A stretch of DNA of 48,589 nucleotides from Candidatus Yanofskybacteria bacterium CG10_big_fil_rev_8_21_14_0_10_46_23 (GTDB taxonomy: Bacteria; Patescibacteriota; Minisyncoccia; 2-02-FULL-40-12; IGHO2-12-FULL-4): the NCBI GenBank assembly GCA_002771135.1, contig PCXO01000012.1, positions 21,694 through 70,282 of the forward strand. The letters are read 5' to 3'. The translations under genes were made by a program, and so were the position numbers. Shown here in pieces: positions 26,924-36,616 of the stretch; the first letter of the stretch is position 1; each line of letters opens with the position of its first letter. The notes beneath the pieces are model-generated. The model saw only the letters and a program-made list of their open reading frames with translations, was not told the DNA's origin and ran no database searches.

Positions 26924-27700
26924 ATGATTATCGACGGCAACAGTTTGGCCCAGATTTGGCTCAAAGATTTAAAACACCAAATTACCCGGCTTTCCCCGCT
27001 GAGTCTGGGGATAGTTTTAGTTGGTGATGATCTTGGCTCAAAAATCTTTATTCAAAAGAAGAAGGCGGTTGGCGAATCTCTTGGCGTTGCCATCAAAATC
27101 TATAGTTTTGATAAAAATATTTCAATCCGGGATCTTCAAAAAGAGATTAAAATTATCGTTGCCTCCGTGTCCGGTTTGATTATTCAACTCCCCCTTCCGG
27201 GTTTTGAGGCGGAAGATATTGTTAACTTAATTCCAGTCCAGAAAGATGTTGATGCGCTGGGTGCTCAGCCAATAGTTTTAGCACCAGCCGTTTTGGTGGT
27301 CGAACGATTGATGAAAGAATTTGGCTTTAGTCGGCCGGACCTCAAAATAGCGGTCTTTGGGCAGGGCCAACTTATTGGTCAACCCGTAACCAAATGGGCC
27401 AAATCTAAAGGCTGGCAAGTCTCTCCAATTGATATTGATACGCCTCACCCGGAGGCACTTAGCGTTGAAGCGGACGTCGTTATCTCCGGTGTTGGCCAAC
27501 CGAATTTAATCACGGCGAAGATGATCAAAGCGGGGGCCTTGGTCATTGATTTCGGTTTTTCTCGAGAAAATAATCAAATAAAAGGTGATGTTGATTTCCA
27601 AGCTATTGAGTCAAAGGCGATAGTCACGCCGACACCGGGGGGAACGGGGCCATTGGTTGTGGCCGCGGTTTTCCAAAATCTCATTAATCTGAACAAATAA
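26924..27700 (+). CDS. folD: Methylene-THF dehydrogenase/cyclohydrolase
   Basis: MIIDG, GLIIQLPLP, KDVD, GDVDF and TPTPGGTGP motifs. Confidence 0.93.
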   Translation: MIIDGNSLAQIWLKDLKHQITRLSPLSLGIVLVGDDLGSKIFIQKKKAVGESLGVAIKIYSFDKNISIRDLQKEIKIIVASVSGLIIQLPLPGFEAEDIVNLIPVQKDVDALGAQPIVLAPAVLVVERLMKEFGFSRPDLKIAVFGQGQLIGQPVTKWAKSKGWQVSPIDIDTPHPEALSVEADVVISGVGQPNLITAKMIKAGALVIDFGFSRENNQIKGDVDFQAIESKAIVTPTPGGTGPLVVAAVFQNLINLNK

Positions 27701-27738
27701 AAACCCCCGGGGGGGCAAGATAATTTTTTGAGAAGGGC

Positions 27739-28149
27739 TTAGTCCTTCCAGCGCCCTTCTCTTTTGAATCTTTCTATTAAGGCCTTATGAAAAGAAAAGT
27801 CTGGATCAATCTCGTTAACCCCTTGGTCGATTAGTAGGTGAGCTAATTTTCCGGGCGCGCTTTCTTTCAAGACGTCCATAAGATTCAAGTTGAAGAACAT
27901 CAGACAGGATGCTCTTTTTTCAAGCTCTTCCGCCCTTTCTTCGAGCTTACTTATCTTGATAAAAAGGATTTCTAAGGCCAGCAGTCTTCCTTTTCGGACA
28001 AGAGAATATAGCTCCGGATCATGAGATAGAAGATCGAAGTCCAGCCTCAATTCGTCCTCGGTCAAGACGGGGCCATTCTCAAAGAAATGACCAAGGTCGA
28101 AGTTTCTTGGAATCCACCCAAACTCCTCTAAAATTTCTTCTTTTGTCAT
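27739..28149 (-). CDS. Hypothetical protein
   Basis: 136-aa ORF with a purine-rich leader and upstream TTGACA. Confidence 0.6.
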   Translation of the reverse strand: MTKEEILEEFGWIPRNFDLGHFFENGPVLTEDELRLDFDLLSHDPELYSLVRKGRLLALEILFIKISKLEERAEELEKRASCLMFFNLNLMDVLKESAPGKLAHLLIDQGVNEIDPDFSFHKALIERFKREGRWKD

Positions 28150-28219
28150 TTGCCAGCGCCCTTTCTTTTTTGTTGAGGAACAGTTTAGTCTTTTTAGTAT
28201 ATATTTCGTTTATTGTCAA

Positions 28220-28254
28220 ATTTAACAGCTCTGTCTAAAACAGGGCTGTTAAAT
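28220..28254. terminator. Hairpin terminator after the DUF1761 gene
   Basis: ATTTAACAGCTCTGT...ACAGGGCTGTTAAAT. Confidence 0.65.
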
Positions 28255-28270
28255 GGATACCATTCTGTCT

Positions 28271-28669
28271 TTACATCCAGATTGCCAAGATACCACCGGC
28301 GATAACTAGCCCGATGACATTGTAAATGTTATTCAACCACCAAAGGGCTCCGGGCTTTCGCTCCCAGAGCGTCGCCCCAAGGCTGTAGGTGCCAACAAAA
28401 CCGAGCCAGACCCAAAAGCCGAGCTCGGCTCCGCCCCAAAAATCATTTTTCCCCAACATTTGGACAAAATAAGCTAAAACATAAAGCTCCACTAACTTTA
28501 TAATAAAGCCGATTGCGTAACCCTTGCCCGCTCCTTTGGCGGAGTCCATGCTCATGCCGGAAAGCTTCATCCATTTTTTCCCAAATAAGACGGGGGAGTA
28601 CCAAAGAGCGCCAAGACCGTAGACGACAATGGCCACGACTAAAATCGCCAAATAATTTGCTTCAAACAT
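28271..28669 (-). CDS. DUF1761-family membrane protein
   Basis: NYLAILV, GALWYSPVLFGKKWM and WLGFV motifs. Confidence 0.88.
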   Translation of the reverse strand: MFEANYLAILVVAIVVYGLGALWYSPVLFGKKWMKLSGMSMDSAKGAGKGYAIGFIIKLVELYVLAYFVQMLGKNDFWGGAELGFWVWLGFVGTYSLGATLWERKPGALWWLNNIYNVIGLVIAGGILAIWM

Positions 28670-28795
28670 ATTAAAAACTTACTCTTAACTTACCGTTTTT
28701 ATTCTAAGCTAATCGCGCATAAAAAGAAAAGACCTCTTAACTTAAACTTTGACATAACCCGGGTGACGTAATACGATCAAGTGACAGCCTTATTT

Positions 28796-30379
28796 ATGAA
28801 AAAAATCATCATTCTTCTTCTAGCCGTGGCTTTTTTGGCAATTGTTTACTATTTTGCCGCCCCCTATCTTTTCCAGCCGAAATCGATTCATTCAGAAGTC
28901 GAGAGTAGCTCTGTCTCTACACCGACGTTTACTGAAATTGGGCTCGACTTTGTTCATAATTACGACAAAGACGACTATGCCTTTGCTGGCTCGGCCCTGA
29001 TTGATATTGATGGAGACGGGCGAGAGGAGGTTTTTATCGGCGGGGGCATTAATCAGATTGATGGGCTTTTTCGCTTTGAAAACGATCGGTTTGTAAATAT
29101 CGCCTCTCAAGCTGGATTCACCAACGAAAATTCATCTGCCGGAGCGCTCTCAATCGATTTTGACAATGATGGGGATGCGGACCTTTTAGTTGCCCGTTTA
29201 GATGGTGTCTATCTCTATACAAATAATCAGGGTCAATTTGCAGAGCAGAAGTTGGGAATTACCCTTGAGAAGGATGCGGTCCCGATGTCTCTATCGGCAA
29301 CGGATTTGAACAAGGATGGTCTAATTGATCTTTATGTCGCGACCTTCAAATCACCAAAAGTTTTTAAGCTGACAACTTTTAATGATCCGGCTAATCGTTC
29401 TAAGAACATTATGCTTCTAAATAAGGGGGGCAATCAGTTTGAAGATATCACGGAGAAATCCGGCCTAGCCTACAATCAGAACACCTTCCAAGCATCTTTC
29501 GTCGATCTTAATAACGATACTTGGCCCGATTTAGTCTTGGCTCCGAACACGGATAAAGTTGTAGTCTACGAGAATAAGAAAAACGGCACCTTTGAGAGCA
29601 AGCCGGCCTTAACGGATTTTGGTTTTTGGATGGGCTTGGCCGTGGGTGATATTGATGCCGATGGTGACCAAGATTTATTTTTCTCCAACATTGGAAACAC
29701 AATCCCGATCACAGCCGCCCGAGGCGATCTTCGCCCGGATCAAATTCTTGACAGTCAGTGGCGCTTACTCCGCAATGATGGCAATTTTCAATTTACTGAT
29801 ATTACGACAGAGCGCGCTTTGGATGACTATGAATTTGGCTGGGGGGCGCTGTTTGAAGATCTAAATCTGGATGGCCGGCTGGACCTGCTTGTGTCCGAAA
29901 ACTATGTTAAGTGGCCCGCCCATAAAATTAATAAGCTCAATGGGCGAGTCTTTCTTCAAGAGAGCGATCAAACCTTTTTGCCGATTACGCAAGTAGCGGG
30001 ATTAAATAATCCCTACTACGGGACGACGCCCCTTCTGGCTGATTTCAACCAAGATGGCTATCCGGACGTAGTCTTCATTAATTTTAACGGACCCAGCAAA
30101 GCTTACTTAAACAGCGGAGGCCCTTCCAATTTTCTGAAAGTCTTTTTGCCGGATATCCCGAAATCTTTAGGAGCTCGGGTTGATGTTGAAAGGCTGAATG
30201 GATCCGTCTCATCAAAACAAGTTATCGGCGTGATGGGGTTGTTGACTGATGTCAGCTCAGAACTTGTTTTCGGCCTAGGCCAAGATTCGGGGGTAAGAAA
30301 GGTGACGGTTACATGGGCTTCAGGTCAAACTCGTGTTTTCAATGATGTCCAAGCCAACACTCGGTTAGCGGTAGATTAG
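28796..30379 (+). CDS. FG-GAP/VCBS-repeat protein with an ASPIC/UnbV domain (CRTAC1 family)
   Basis: About 7 DxDxDGxxD repeats, C-terminal LVFGLG..V.V.W.SG, N-terminal anchor; promoter TTGACA-17-TACGAT at 28749-28777. Confidence 0.9.
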   Translation: MKKIIILLLAVAFLAIVYYFAAPYLFQPKSIHSEVESSSVSTPTFTEIGLDFVHNYDKDDYAFAGSALIDIDGDGREEVFIGGGINQIDGLFRFENDRFVNIASQAGFTNENSSAGALSIDFDNDGDADLLVARLDGVYLYTNNQGQFAEQKLGITLEKDAVPMSLSATDLNKDGLIDLYVATFKSPKVFKLTTFNDPANRSKNIMLLNKGGNQFEDITEKSGLAYNQNTFQASFVDLNNDTWPDLVLAPNTDKVVVYENKKNGTFESKPALTDFGFWMGLAVGDIDADGDQDLFFSNIGNTIPITAARGDLRPDQILDSQWRLLRNDGNFQFTDITTERALDDYEFGWGALFEDLNLDGRLDLLVSENYVKWPAHKINKLNGRVFLQESDQTFLPITQVAGLNNPYYGTTPLLADFNQDGYPDVVFINFNGPSKAYLNSGGPSNFLKVFLPDIPKSLGARVDVERLNGSVSSKQVIGVMGLLTDVSSELVFGLGQDSGVRKVTVTWASGQTRVFNDVQANTRLAVD

Positions 30380-30399
30380 GGGCATTGACTTTTCCTACG

Positions 30400-30420
30400 T
30401 GGTGCCCGGGGTAGGAGTCG
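30400..30420 (-). repeat. Orphan tRNA 3' fragment CGACTCCTACCCCGGGCACCA
   Basis: Half T-loop, T-stem strand, acceptor strand and ACCA; 16/21 identical to the 3' end of the tRNA at 31011. Confidence 0.75.
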
Positions 30421-30445
30421 GGCTCGACTCGAGATTCTATAAGAA

Positions 30446-31006
30446 TTATCTTTTGATAGGACCAACCAGATTAATAAACATTTCAACATTTTTAGCAAGC
30501 CTAACATTAAATCTCGCCAATTTTTTAGGTAATTTGACCTTATAAATTCTAGGTTTAAAGCCTAGGGTAGCCATTCCATAAAAAACATCTTTCGAGAGAT
30601 TCTCTATGGTAGAAGTAAAGCCAATCATTTTATAGCCCCTGTCTTTATAGATGCAGCCATCGGTTTCTATCAGTCCCTTTAAGCAATGAGTTAAATATTT
30701 TTTATCAGATTTTATCCAGTTAGGAATCCCTGAAATTTGAGAAGCTTTAGGTCCAGGCTTCCATCCTAATATTTTTGGCCATTTATTTGAGTAGCAACTT
30801 ATATCTAAACACCCCCCATCTCTTTTAATTAGAGATATCTTATTATTTGGTAGAACTTTTTTAATAACTTTTTGGAAATTTTTAATCAGTTGGGGATATT
30901 TTTTGTCGCAGGTAATTCTAAGGCGAATTGCCCTACCATTAGGGTTTGAGAGATTCCCGTCTCCCATACATATACCAATTAGATAAGCTTTCTCTGTTTT
31001 ATTCAA
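30446..31006 (-). CDS. Free-standing two-motif LAGLIDADG endonuclease-like protein
   Basis: AYLIGICMGDGNL and CLKGLIETDGCI motifs; visibly more AT-rich than the flanks. Confidence 0.85.
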   Translation of the reverse strand: MNKTEKAYLIGICMGDGNLSNPNGRAIRLRITCDKKYPQLIKNFQKVIKKVLPNNKISLIKRDGGCLDISCYSNKWPKILGWKPGPKASQISGIPNWIKSDKKYLTHCLKGLIETDGCIYKDRGYKMIGFTSTIENLSKDVFYGMATLGFKPRIYKVKLPKKLARFNVRLAKNVEMFINLVGPIKR

Positions 31007-31010
31007 ATTC

Positions 31011-31096
31011 TGGTGGGCGAGGTGGGATTCGAACCCACATGGTCAAAGACCACACGATTTTGAGTCGTGCGCGTAAGCCAATTCCGCCACTCGCCC
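31011..31096 (-). tRNA. tRNA-Leu(CAA)
   Basis: GGGCGAG/CTCGCCC acceptor, CACGA-CTCAAAA-TCGTG anticodon arm, long variable arm, encoded CCA. Confidence 0.96.
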
Positions 31097-31156
31097 AGAC
31101 CTATTATTTTATCAATTGATAGCTATCTCCATTTAGCTTAGACTGAAGATAATTTT

Positions 31157-31918
31157 ATGGCGCGAATCATCGGTATCATAAATCAAAAAGGGGGAGTTGG
31201 GAAGACAACTTCCAGTTTAAATTTGGCGGCCTATATGGCCGCCAAGGGCAAATACATTCTTTTGGTGGATCTTGATCCTCAAGCCAATACCACCTCGGGC
31301 GCGGGGATCCAACTTCAAGAAGACCATCCGCATCTCTACCATGCCTTAATCGCCAATCAACATCCTGAAGCGGTAATAAGGCGGACCTCACTTTTTGGTC
31401 TGGATATTTTGCCCTCAGGCGCGAGCTTGGCCGGCGCGGGGGTGGAATTAGTCGGTTTGGAGCGGCGCGAACATCGTCTGCGGGAAGCTCTTGAGCCAAT
31501 TCGAACCCGATATGACTATATTCTTATTGACTCGCCCCCTTCGCTCGGCCTTTTGACCATCAACGGCTTAGCGGCTTCCGAAGAGGTGATTATTCCGGTT
31601 CAGTGCGAATACTTCGCCCTTGAGGGTCTGGGCCAATTAATGAAGACAATCGATTTGGTTAAAAATTCAATTAATCTTGATTTGAAAGTGATGGGCGTTT
31701 TACTTACAATGTATGACAAACGTAATCGATTGGCGCGCCAAGTGGTCAAGGAGGTTCAAAATAACTTCCCGGGTCATGTTTTTGAAGCGATTATCCCTCG
31801 ATCCGTTTCTTTGGCGGAGGCCCCCAGCTTTGGCAAAACAATCCTACAATTTGATCCGACTTCAAAAGCGGGGCGCTCCTATCGGCAGTTAGCAGATGAG
31901 GTGATAAACTTAAGTTAG
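31157..31918 (+). CDS. parA: ParA/Soj ATPase
   Basis: NQKGGVGKTT, DLDPQAN and PVQCEYFALEG motifs. Confidence 0.96.
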   Translation: MARIIGIINQKGGVGKTTSSLNLAAYMAAKGKYILLVDLDPQANTTSGAGIQLQEDHPHLYHALIANQHPEAVIRRTSLFGLDILPSGASLAGAGVELVGLERREHRLREALEPIRTRYDYILIDSPPSLGLLTINGLAASEEVIIPVQCEYFALEGLGQLMKTIDLVKNSINLDLKVMGVLLTMYDKRNRLARQVVKEVQNNFPGHVFEAIIPRSVSLAEAPSFGKTILQFDPTSKAGRSYRQLADEVINLS

Positions 31919-31926
31919 AAATTTCT

Positions 31927-32805
31927 ATGAGTACAAATACAAAAAAATTCTTCGGGCTAGGGCGCGGTCTCGGCTCGCTTATCCCAGAAAAGACCGCTCT
32001 CTCGGTCGCAACTCTACCCCAAGAGAGTGTTTTTTATGTCGAGACGGATAAAATCAAGCCCAATTCAAGCCAACCTCGAAAACATTTTGACCAAGGCGCT
32101 TTGGCCAGCCTCTCCAGCTCGATAAAGCGCTATGGCATTCTCCAGCCTCTTTTGGTTACAAAAGTTGAAAAGCCAACAAATCAAGGTTTGGCCGTAGAAT
32201 ATCATCTTCTGGCCGGAGAGCGCCGTTGGCGAGCGGCCCAGCTGGCGAGTCTTCCGCGTGTTCCGGTCATTATCAAAGACGCGTTCAAAGAAGAACAAGA
32301 GCGTCTGGAGATCGCTCTCATTGAGAATGTCCAGCGAGAAGATTTGAATCCCCTCGAAGAAGCTCTAGCGTATCGGCGCTTTTCTGAGGAATTTGGCTTG
32401 ACCCAACAAGAGATTGCTCAAAAAGTTTCCAAGAGTCGAGAAGTCGTCGCCAATGCGCTCAGGCTTCTGGGTCTCCCGCAAGACATTCAAGATAAAATCT
32501 CAGCTGGCCAGATTAGCCGAACTCAAGCCCGAGCCCTGCTCGCCTTTAAAGACCCCAAAGAACAACAAGCCATGCTGGCCAGTTTTATAAGTGGACAGGC
32601 GACGGTTCGCTCGGCTGAAGTGGCGGCCCGAGGACCCCAAGCCAAAAAAGAAGTTTCTAATAAATTTAAAGATTTAGAGTCGAACCTTTCCCAAAATGTT
32701 GGTGCTCCCGTGTTAATTCAAAGTGGTCAGCGGGGTGGCAAAATTGTGATTCGATTTGCCGATCTTGAGGAGCTTAATAAAATTGCCAAAGTCATTTTGG
32801 ACTAA
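31927..32805 (+). CDS. parB: ParB/Spo0J
   Basis: GLGRGL, QPRK.F, AGERRWRA and ENVQREDLN motifs. Confidence 0.96.
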   Translation: MSTNTKKFFGLGRGLGSLIPEKTALSVATLPQESVFYVETDKIKPNSSQPRKHFDQGALASLSSSIKRYGILQPLLVTKVEKPTNQGLAVEYHLLAGERRWRAAQLASLPRVPVIIKDAFKEEQERLEIALIENVQREDLNPLEEALAYRRFSEEFGLTQQEIAQKVSKSREVVANALRLLGLPQDIQDKISAGQISRTQARALLAFKDPKEQQAMLASFISGQATVRSAEVAARGPQAKKEVSNKFKDLESNLSQNVGAPVLIQSGQRGGKIVIRFADLEELNKIAKVILD

Positions 32806-34826
32806 GCCCTTTCTTCCGATGCTTCTTTATCCAAGGGCTTAGTATTCCGACACTTGGGGAAACCGGAGCAGGCCTTAAAGGCACCCCGACGACCGGTTCG
32901 AACAACCATCTTCTTACCACACTTCTCGCACTCCTCATCTAATTCTTTGGGCGGTTCTTTTTGGGGGAGCCCTTCTTGGCCCTCGAGGGGTTTGGCATTT
33001 TTACACTCGGGGAAACCCGAACAGGCTCGGAACTTGCCAAAGCGACCCATTCGAATAATCATTTTTTTTCCGCACTTGTCGCAATCCTCGTCAGTCTCCT
33101 CGATCATGGCTTCTTTGGAGACTTCCTTGTATTTATTTTGGAGATTTTTGTCAAAGGGTTCGTAAAAATCTTTGATAATTTTGCGCCAATCATTTTTGCC
33201 CAAGGCAATGTCGTCAAGTTGCCCCTCCATCTTCGAGGTAAAATCCATGTCAACAATTTCCGGGAAATGCGTGACCAAAAGGTCGTTAACAACCAGGCCA
33301 ATCTCAGTGGGTTCAAAATAACGGTTGGGATTTTTCTGGACGTAGTTTCGCTCTTGGATCGTCGAGATAATTGGCGCGTAGGTTGAGGGTCGGCCGATGC
33401 CGTTCTTCTCCAAAATTTTAATGAGGGAGGCCTCGTTATAGCGGGCCGGAGGGTTGGTGAAGTGTTGCTCAGTTTGCAGTTCTTTTAAGAGTAAAGTCTC
33501 GCCCTCTTTGATGGGCGGTAGAATGCTCTCAGTGATATTGAGCGGATAGACTTTTAGAAAGCCATCGAATTTTAAAGTTTGGCCCGTGGCCCGAAAAGTA
33601 TAATCTTTGGCGGTGATGTCGGCCGAGACCGATTCAAGTTGGGCTTCCGCCATTTGGCTGGCCAGGAATCGCCCCCAGATTAAATTATAGAGTTTGAACT
33701 GTTTGGCATCCAAATATTTTTCTATGTCCTGAGGGGTTAGGGTGGGATCAGTGGGGCGGATGGCCTCATGGGCCTCCTGCGCCGATTTAGCTTTTTTCTT
33801 AAAAACGCGCGAGGTCTTTAGACCGTACTCCGGACCATAATTTTTTTTAATAAAATCGTGAGCGACACTAAGCGCTTCGGCGGAAAGATTTGTTGAGTCG
33901 GTTCGCATATAGGTGATTAAACCAGTTGCCCCCTTTTTGCCTAGTTTTATTCCTTCGTAGAGTTGTTGGGCCAAGACCATGGTTTGTTTGGCGGAAAAGT
34001 GTAAACGCCCCGCCGCCGCTCTTTGGAGGGTCGAGGTGATAAAGGGTGGGGCGGGACTCTTTTTAGTTTGGCGCGCTTCAACCCGGGTAACTCGATAGTC
34101 GGCATCCTCCAGCTCCGCTCTGATTTTTTGAGCGTCAGCCTCATTTTTTATGCTCAACCTATCCAAACTTTCGCTCTTGTGAGCGACAAGGTGAGCTTGG
34201 ATTGAATCTTTGTCCTTAAGAAGTTGAGCGACAACGCTCCAATACTCTTCGGGTTTAAAGGCCTGAATTTCGCGCTCCCGCTCGACAATTAAGCGGACGG
34301 CGACGGATTGAACTCGGCCGGCTGAAAGTCCGCGGGAGATTTTTTTCCAGAGGAAAGGCGAGAGCTTATAGCCCACCAGTCGATCTAAGACCCGGCGGGC
34401 TTGCTGAGCGTCAACCATATCAAAATTTATCTCCCGCGGAGTCGCTAGAGCTTTTTCGATGGCCGTTTTGGTAATCTCGTGGAAAACAATGCGTTCAATC
34501 CGCGGTTCTTTCCCGGCCTTTTTTAATTTTTCTAAACCGATGGCCTGCGTTAAATGCCAAGCAATCGCTTCTCCCTCGCGATCTTCATCCGTTGCCAGAA
34601 TCAAAGTCTCGGCCTTCGGCAGAAGTTTTTTAAGTTCCGCCAGATTTTTCCGAACCCGAGGCGGGATAACATATTTGGGCTCAAAATTGTTCTCGACATC
34701 AATTCCGATCTCCGCCTTGGGTAGATCCCGGACATGGCCGTAGGATGATTTCACCACAAAATCACCGCTGACAAAGCGGGTAATCGTCTTGGCTTTAGTT
34801 GGGGATTCAACAATAATCAGTTTCAT
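32802..34826 (-). CDS. topA: DNA topoisomerase I
   Basis: IVESPTKAKTI, ATDEDREGE, SAGRVQS and ITYMRTDS motifs; two C-terminal zinc ribbons. Confidence 0.97.
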   Translation of the reverse strand: MKLIIVESPTKAKTITRFVSGDFVVKSSYGHVRDLPKAEIGIDVENNFEPKYVIPPRVRKNLAELKKLLPKAETLILATDEDREGEAIAWHLTQAIGLEKLKKAGKEPRIERIVFHEITKTAIEKALATPREINFDMVDAQQARRVLDRLVGYKLSPFLWKKISRGLSAGRVQSVAVRLIVEREREIQAFKPEEYWSVVAQLLKDKDSIQAHLVAHKSESLDRLSIKNEADAQKIRAELEDADYRVTRVEARQTKKSPAPPFITSTLQRAAAGRLHFSAKQTMVLAQQLYEGIKLGKKGATGLITYMRTDSTNLSAEALSVAHDFIKKNYGPEYGLKTSRVFKKKAKSAQEAHEAIRPTDPTLTPQDIEKYLDAKQFKLYNLIWGRFLASQMAEAQLESVSADITAKDYTFRATGQTLKFDGFLKVYPLNITESILPPIKEGETLLLKELQTEQHFTNPPARYNEASLIKILEKNGIGRPSTYAPIISTIQERNYVQKNPNRYFEPTEIGLVVNDLLVTHFPEIVDMDFTSKMEGQLDDIALGKNDWRKIIKDFYEPFDKNLQNKYKEVSKEAMIEETDEDCDKCGKKMIIRMGRFGKFRACSGFPECKNAKPLEGQEGLPQKEPPKELDEECEKCGKKMVVRTGRRGAFKACSGFPKCRNTKPLDKEASEERA

Positions 34827-35878
34827 TTTTTTAGAGCGTAACGATCACTGCCGATATTTTGGACTCGGCCTTCGAGCTCTAACATAACCAGAGCCGACTG
34901 AATCTCCCCAGCCGTCAGAGAACATCTTTGAATAATAACATCAATATGTGCCGGGGTGTCTTTAATTATTTTTAAAATTTCTTCTTCTACCTCCGAGCCC
35001 ATTGATTGGGAGGGAAGAATATTATTATAGGAAATATTATAGCTTGTCAAAATATCTTCTGCTCCCAGAGCGGGAGTAGCCCCATTTTGGATTAGTCGGT
35101 TAGTCCCTTGCGAGGTTTTGGAAAAGATATCGCCGGGGAGAGCAAAGACATCTCGATTCTGTTCGGCCGCGAGTCGAGCGGTAATGAGAGAACCACTTTT
35201 TTTCTGGGCTTCGATTACTAGGACTCCTCGGGAAAGACCGCTGACAATTCGGTTACGTTGGGGGAAGGTGAAGGCCGAACTATTGGTTTCAAAACTATAC
35301 TCGGAGATAACCGCGCCGGTTTTTACGATTGTTTCGGCCAGTTTTTTATTCTGTGGCGGATAAAGGACCTTGGGGGCTAAGCCACAGCCCAACACCGCGA
35401 TGGTCCGCCCGCCGGCTTCCAGAGCAGTTTGGTGGGCGAGAGTATCAACTCCCAGAGCGAGGCCACTGACAATAGTTAACCCGGCTCGAGCCAGATCTTC
35501 GACGATATGAGGAGTGGCTCGCCGGCCATAGCTGGAAAGACGCCGAGGGCCAACAACCGCGAAACACTCATTTTTCAAAACCGCCTTTTGGCCTTTCAGG
35601 TAGAGTAAAAATGGTGGATCGGAGATTTGTCTTAATATTTTTGGATAAGCCCTATCTTTAACGGAGATAATTTCTATTTCATGGGCCTCTAATTTTTTGA
35701 ATTCTTTCTCGGGATTGATTTGGGATTGACTTAGAGGAAAGTCTTTAGATTGAAATTGTCTTAAGTTTGACCGCCAGGCCTTTTTGAAATCACCGGCGAA
35801 TTTTTGATTTATTTTCTCTAGAGCGCCAATTTTACCGGAAGTTAAGATATTTAGGGCATTTAGATAGATAAGATCCAT
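34823..35878 (-). CDS. dprA: DNA-processing protein DprA
   Basis: VSGLALGVD, FPQRNRIVSGL and SGSLITA motifs; start at ATG 35878 or TTG 35896. Confidence 0.95.
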   Translation of the reverse strand: MDLIYLNALNILTSGKIGALEKINQKFAGDFKKAWRSNLRQFQSKDFPLSQSQINPEKEFKKLEAHEIEIISVKDRAYPKILRQISDPPFLLYLKGQKAVLKNECFAVVGPRRLSSYGRRATPHIVEDLARAGLTIVSGLALGVDTLAHQTALEAGGRTIAVLGCGLAPKVLYPPQNKKLAETIVKTGAVISEYSFETNSSAFTFPQRNRIVSGLSRGVLVIEAQKKSGSLITARLAAEQNRDVFALPGDIFSKTSQGTNRLIQNGATPALGAEDILTSYNISYNNILPSQSMGSEVEEEILKIIKDTPAHIDVIIQRCSLTAGEIQSALVMLELEGRVQNIGSDRYALKK

Positions 35879-35948
35879 TAACAATTTATTATTCAATAAT
35901 AGGGTTGAGTTGGGGAGGCGCTTTTTGAGAGGCCCTGCCGCCGTCTTC

Positions 35949-36515
35949 CTATTTCATAAGGAGCACCGTTCTTTCCCGAACGATTTTCAGCACCTTTGGT
36001 AGTTCTTTTATTTCGGTGGGGCTGAATTTTTTTAGAACAAACTCGGAAACCTGATCAATTTTGGTCGAGTCATTTTTTTTATCGCGAGCTCGTTTTAGGC
36101 TGGGATTAGCCAGGCCGATTCGAACTCGGTAAAATTTTTTGGTTCGCAGGGTGGCAATGATGGAGGCAATCCCTTTATGCCCCCCGTCATTTTTATCGAA
36201 AGAGTTTTTAACCTTGCCGAAGGGGATATCGAGGTCGTCTTGGATGATAATAATGTGGTCGGGTTTAATTTTGAATTTTTGGGCTATCTTTTTCAGGGCC
36301 TCGCCAGTCTTATTAACGTAAGTCATCGGTTTGGCTAAAATAACCTTGTTTTTGTCAGTTACAATTTCCGCGATCTGGGCTTGAAGTTTCGGGTCTTCCC
36401 GGAAAGAATTAATTTTGTGGTTTTTGGCAATTATTTCCACGGCCATAAACCCGGCGTTGTGCCGAGTGCTTTCATATTTTTTTTCCGGGTTGCCGATCCC
36501 AAGAATTAGCCACAT
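35949..36515 (-). CDS. pth: Peptidyl-tRNA hydrolase
   Basis: GIGNP..Y..TRHNAGF, DDLD and GGHKG motifs; start MWLILG. Confidence 0.93.
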   Translation of the reverse strand: MWLILGIGNPEKKYESTRHNAGFMAVEIIAKNHKINSFREDPKLQAQIAEIVTDKNKVILAKPMTYVNKTGEALKKIAQKFKIKPDHIIIIQDDLDIPFGKVKNSFDKNDGGHKGIASIIATLRTKKFYRVRIGLANPSLKRARDKKNDSTKIDQVSEFVLKKFSPTEIKELPKVLKIVRERTVLLMK

Positions 36516-36616
36516 TGGCTGTATAATAGCATAGATTTTTAAATGAAAATAATGCCTTTTGCTTGGTTGCAATTCTTTAGTTTAAGGGTATAATAAGGGC
36601 ACTTTTATTATATTTT

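Noticed and set aside
30400-31096. Intron-split tRNA
   Set aside because: The tRNA at 31011-31096 is already complete, and the distal fragment cannot pair with its acceptor stem
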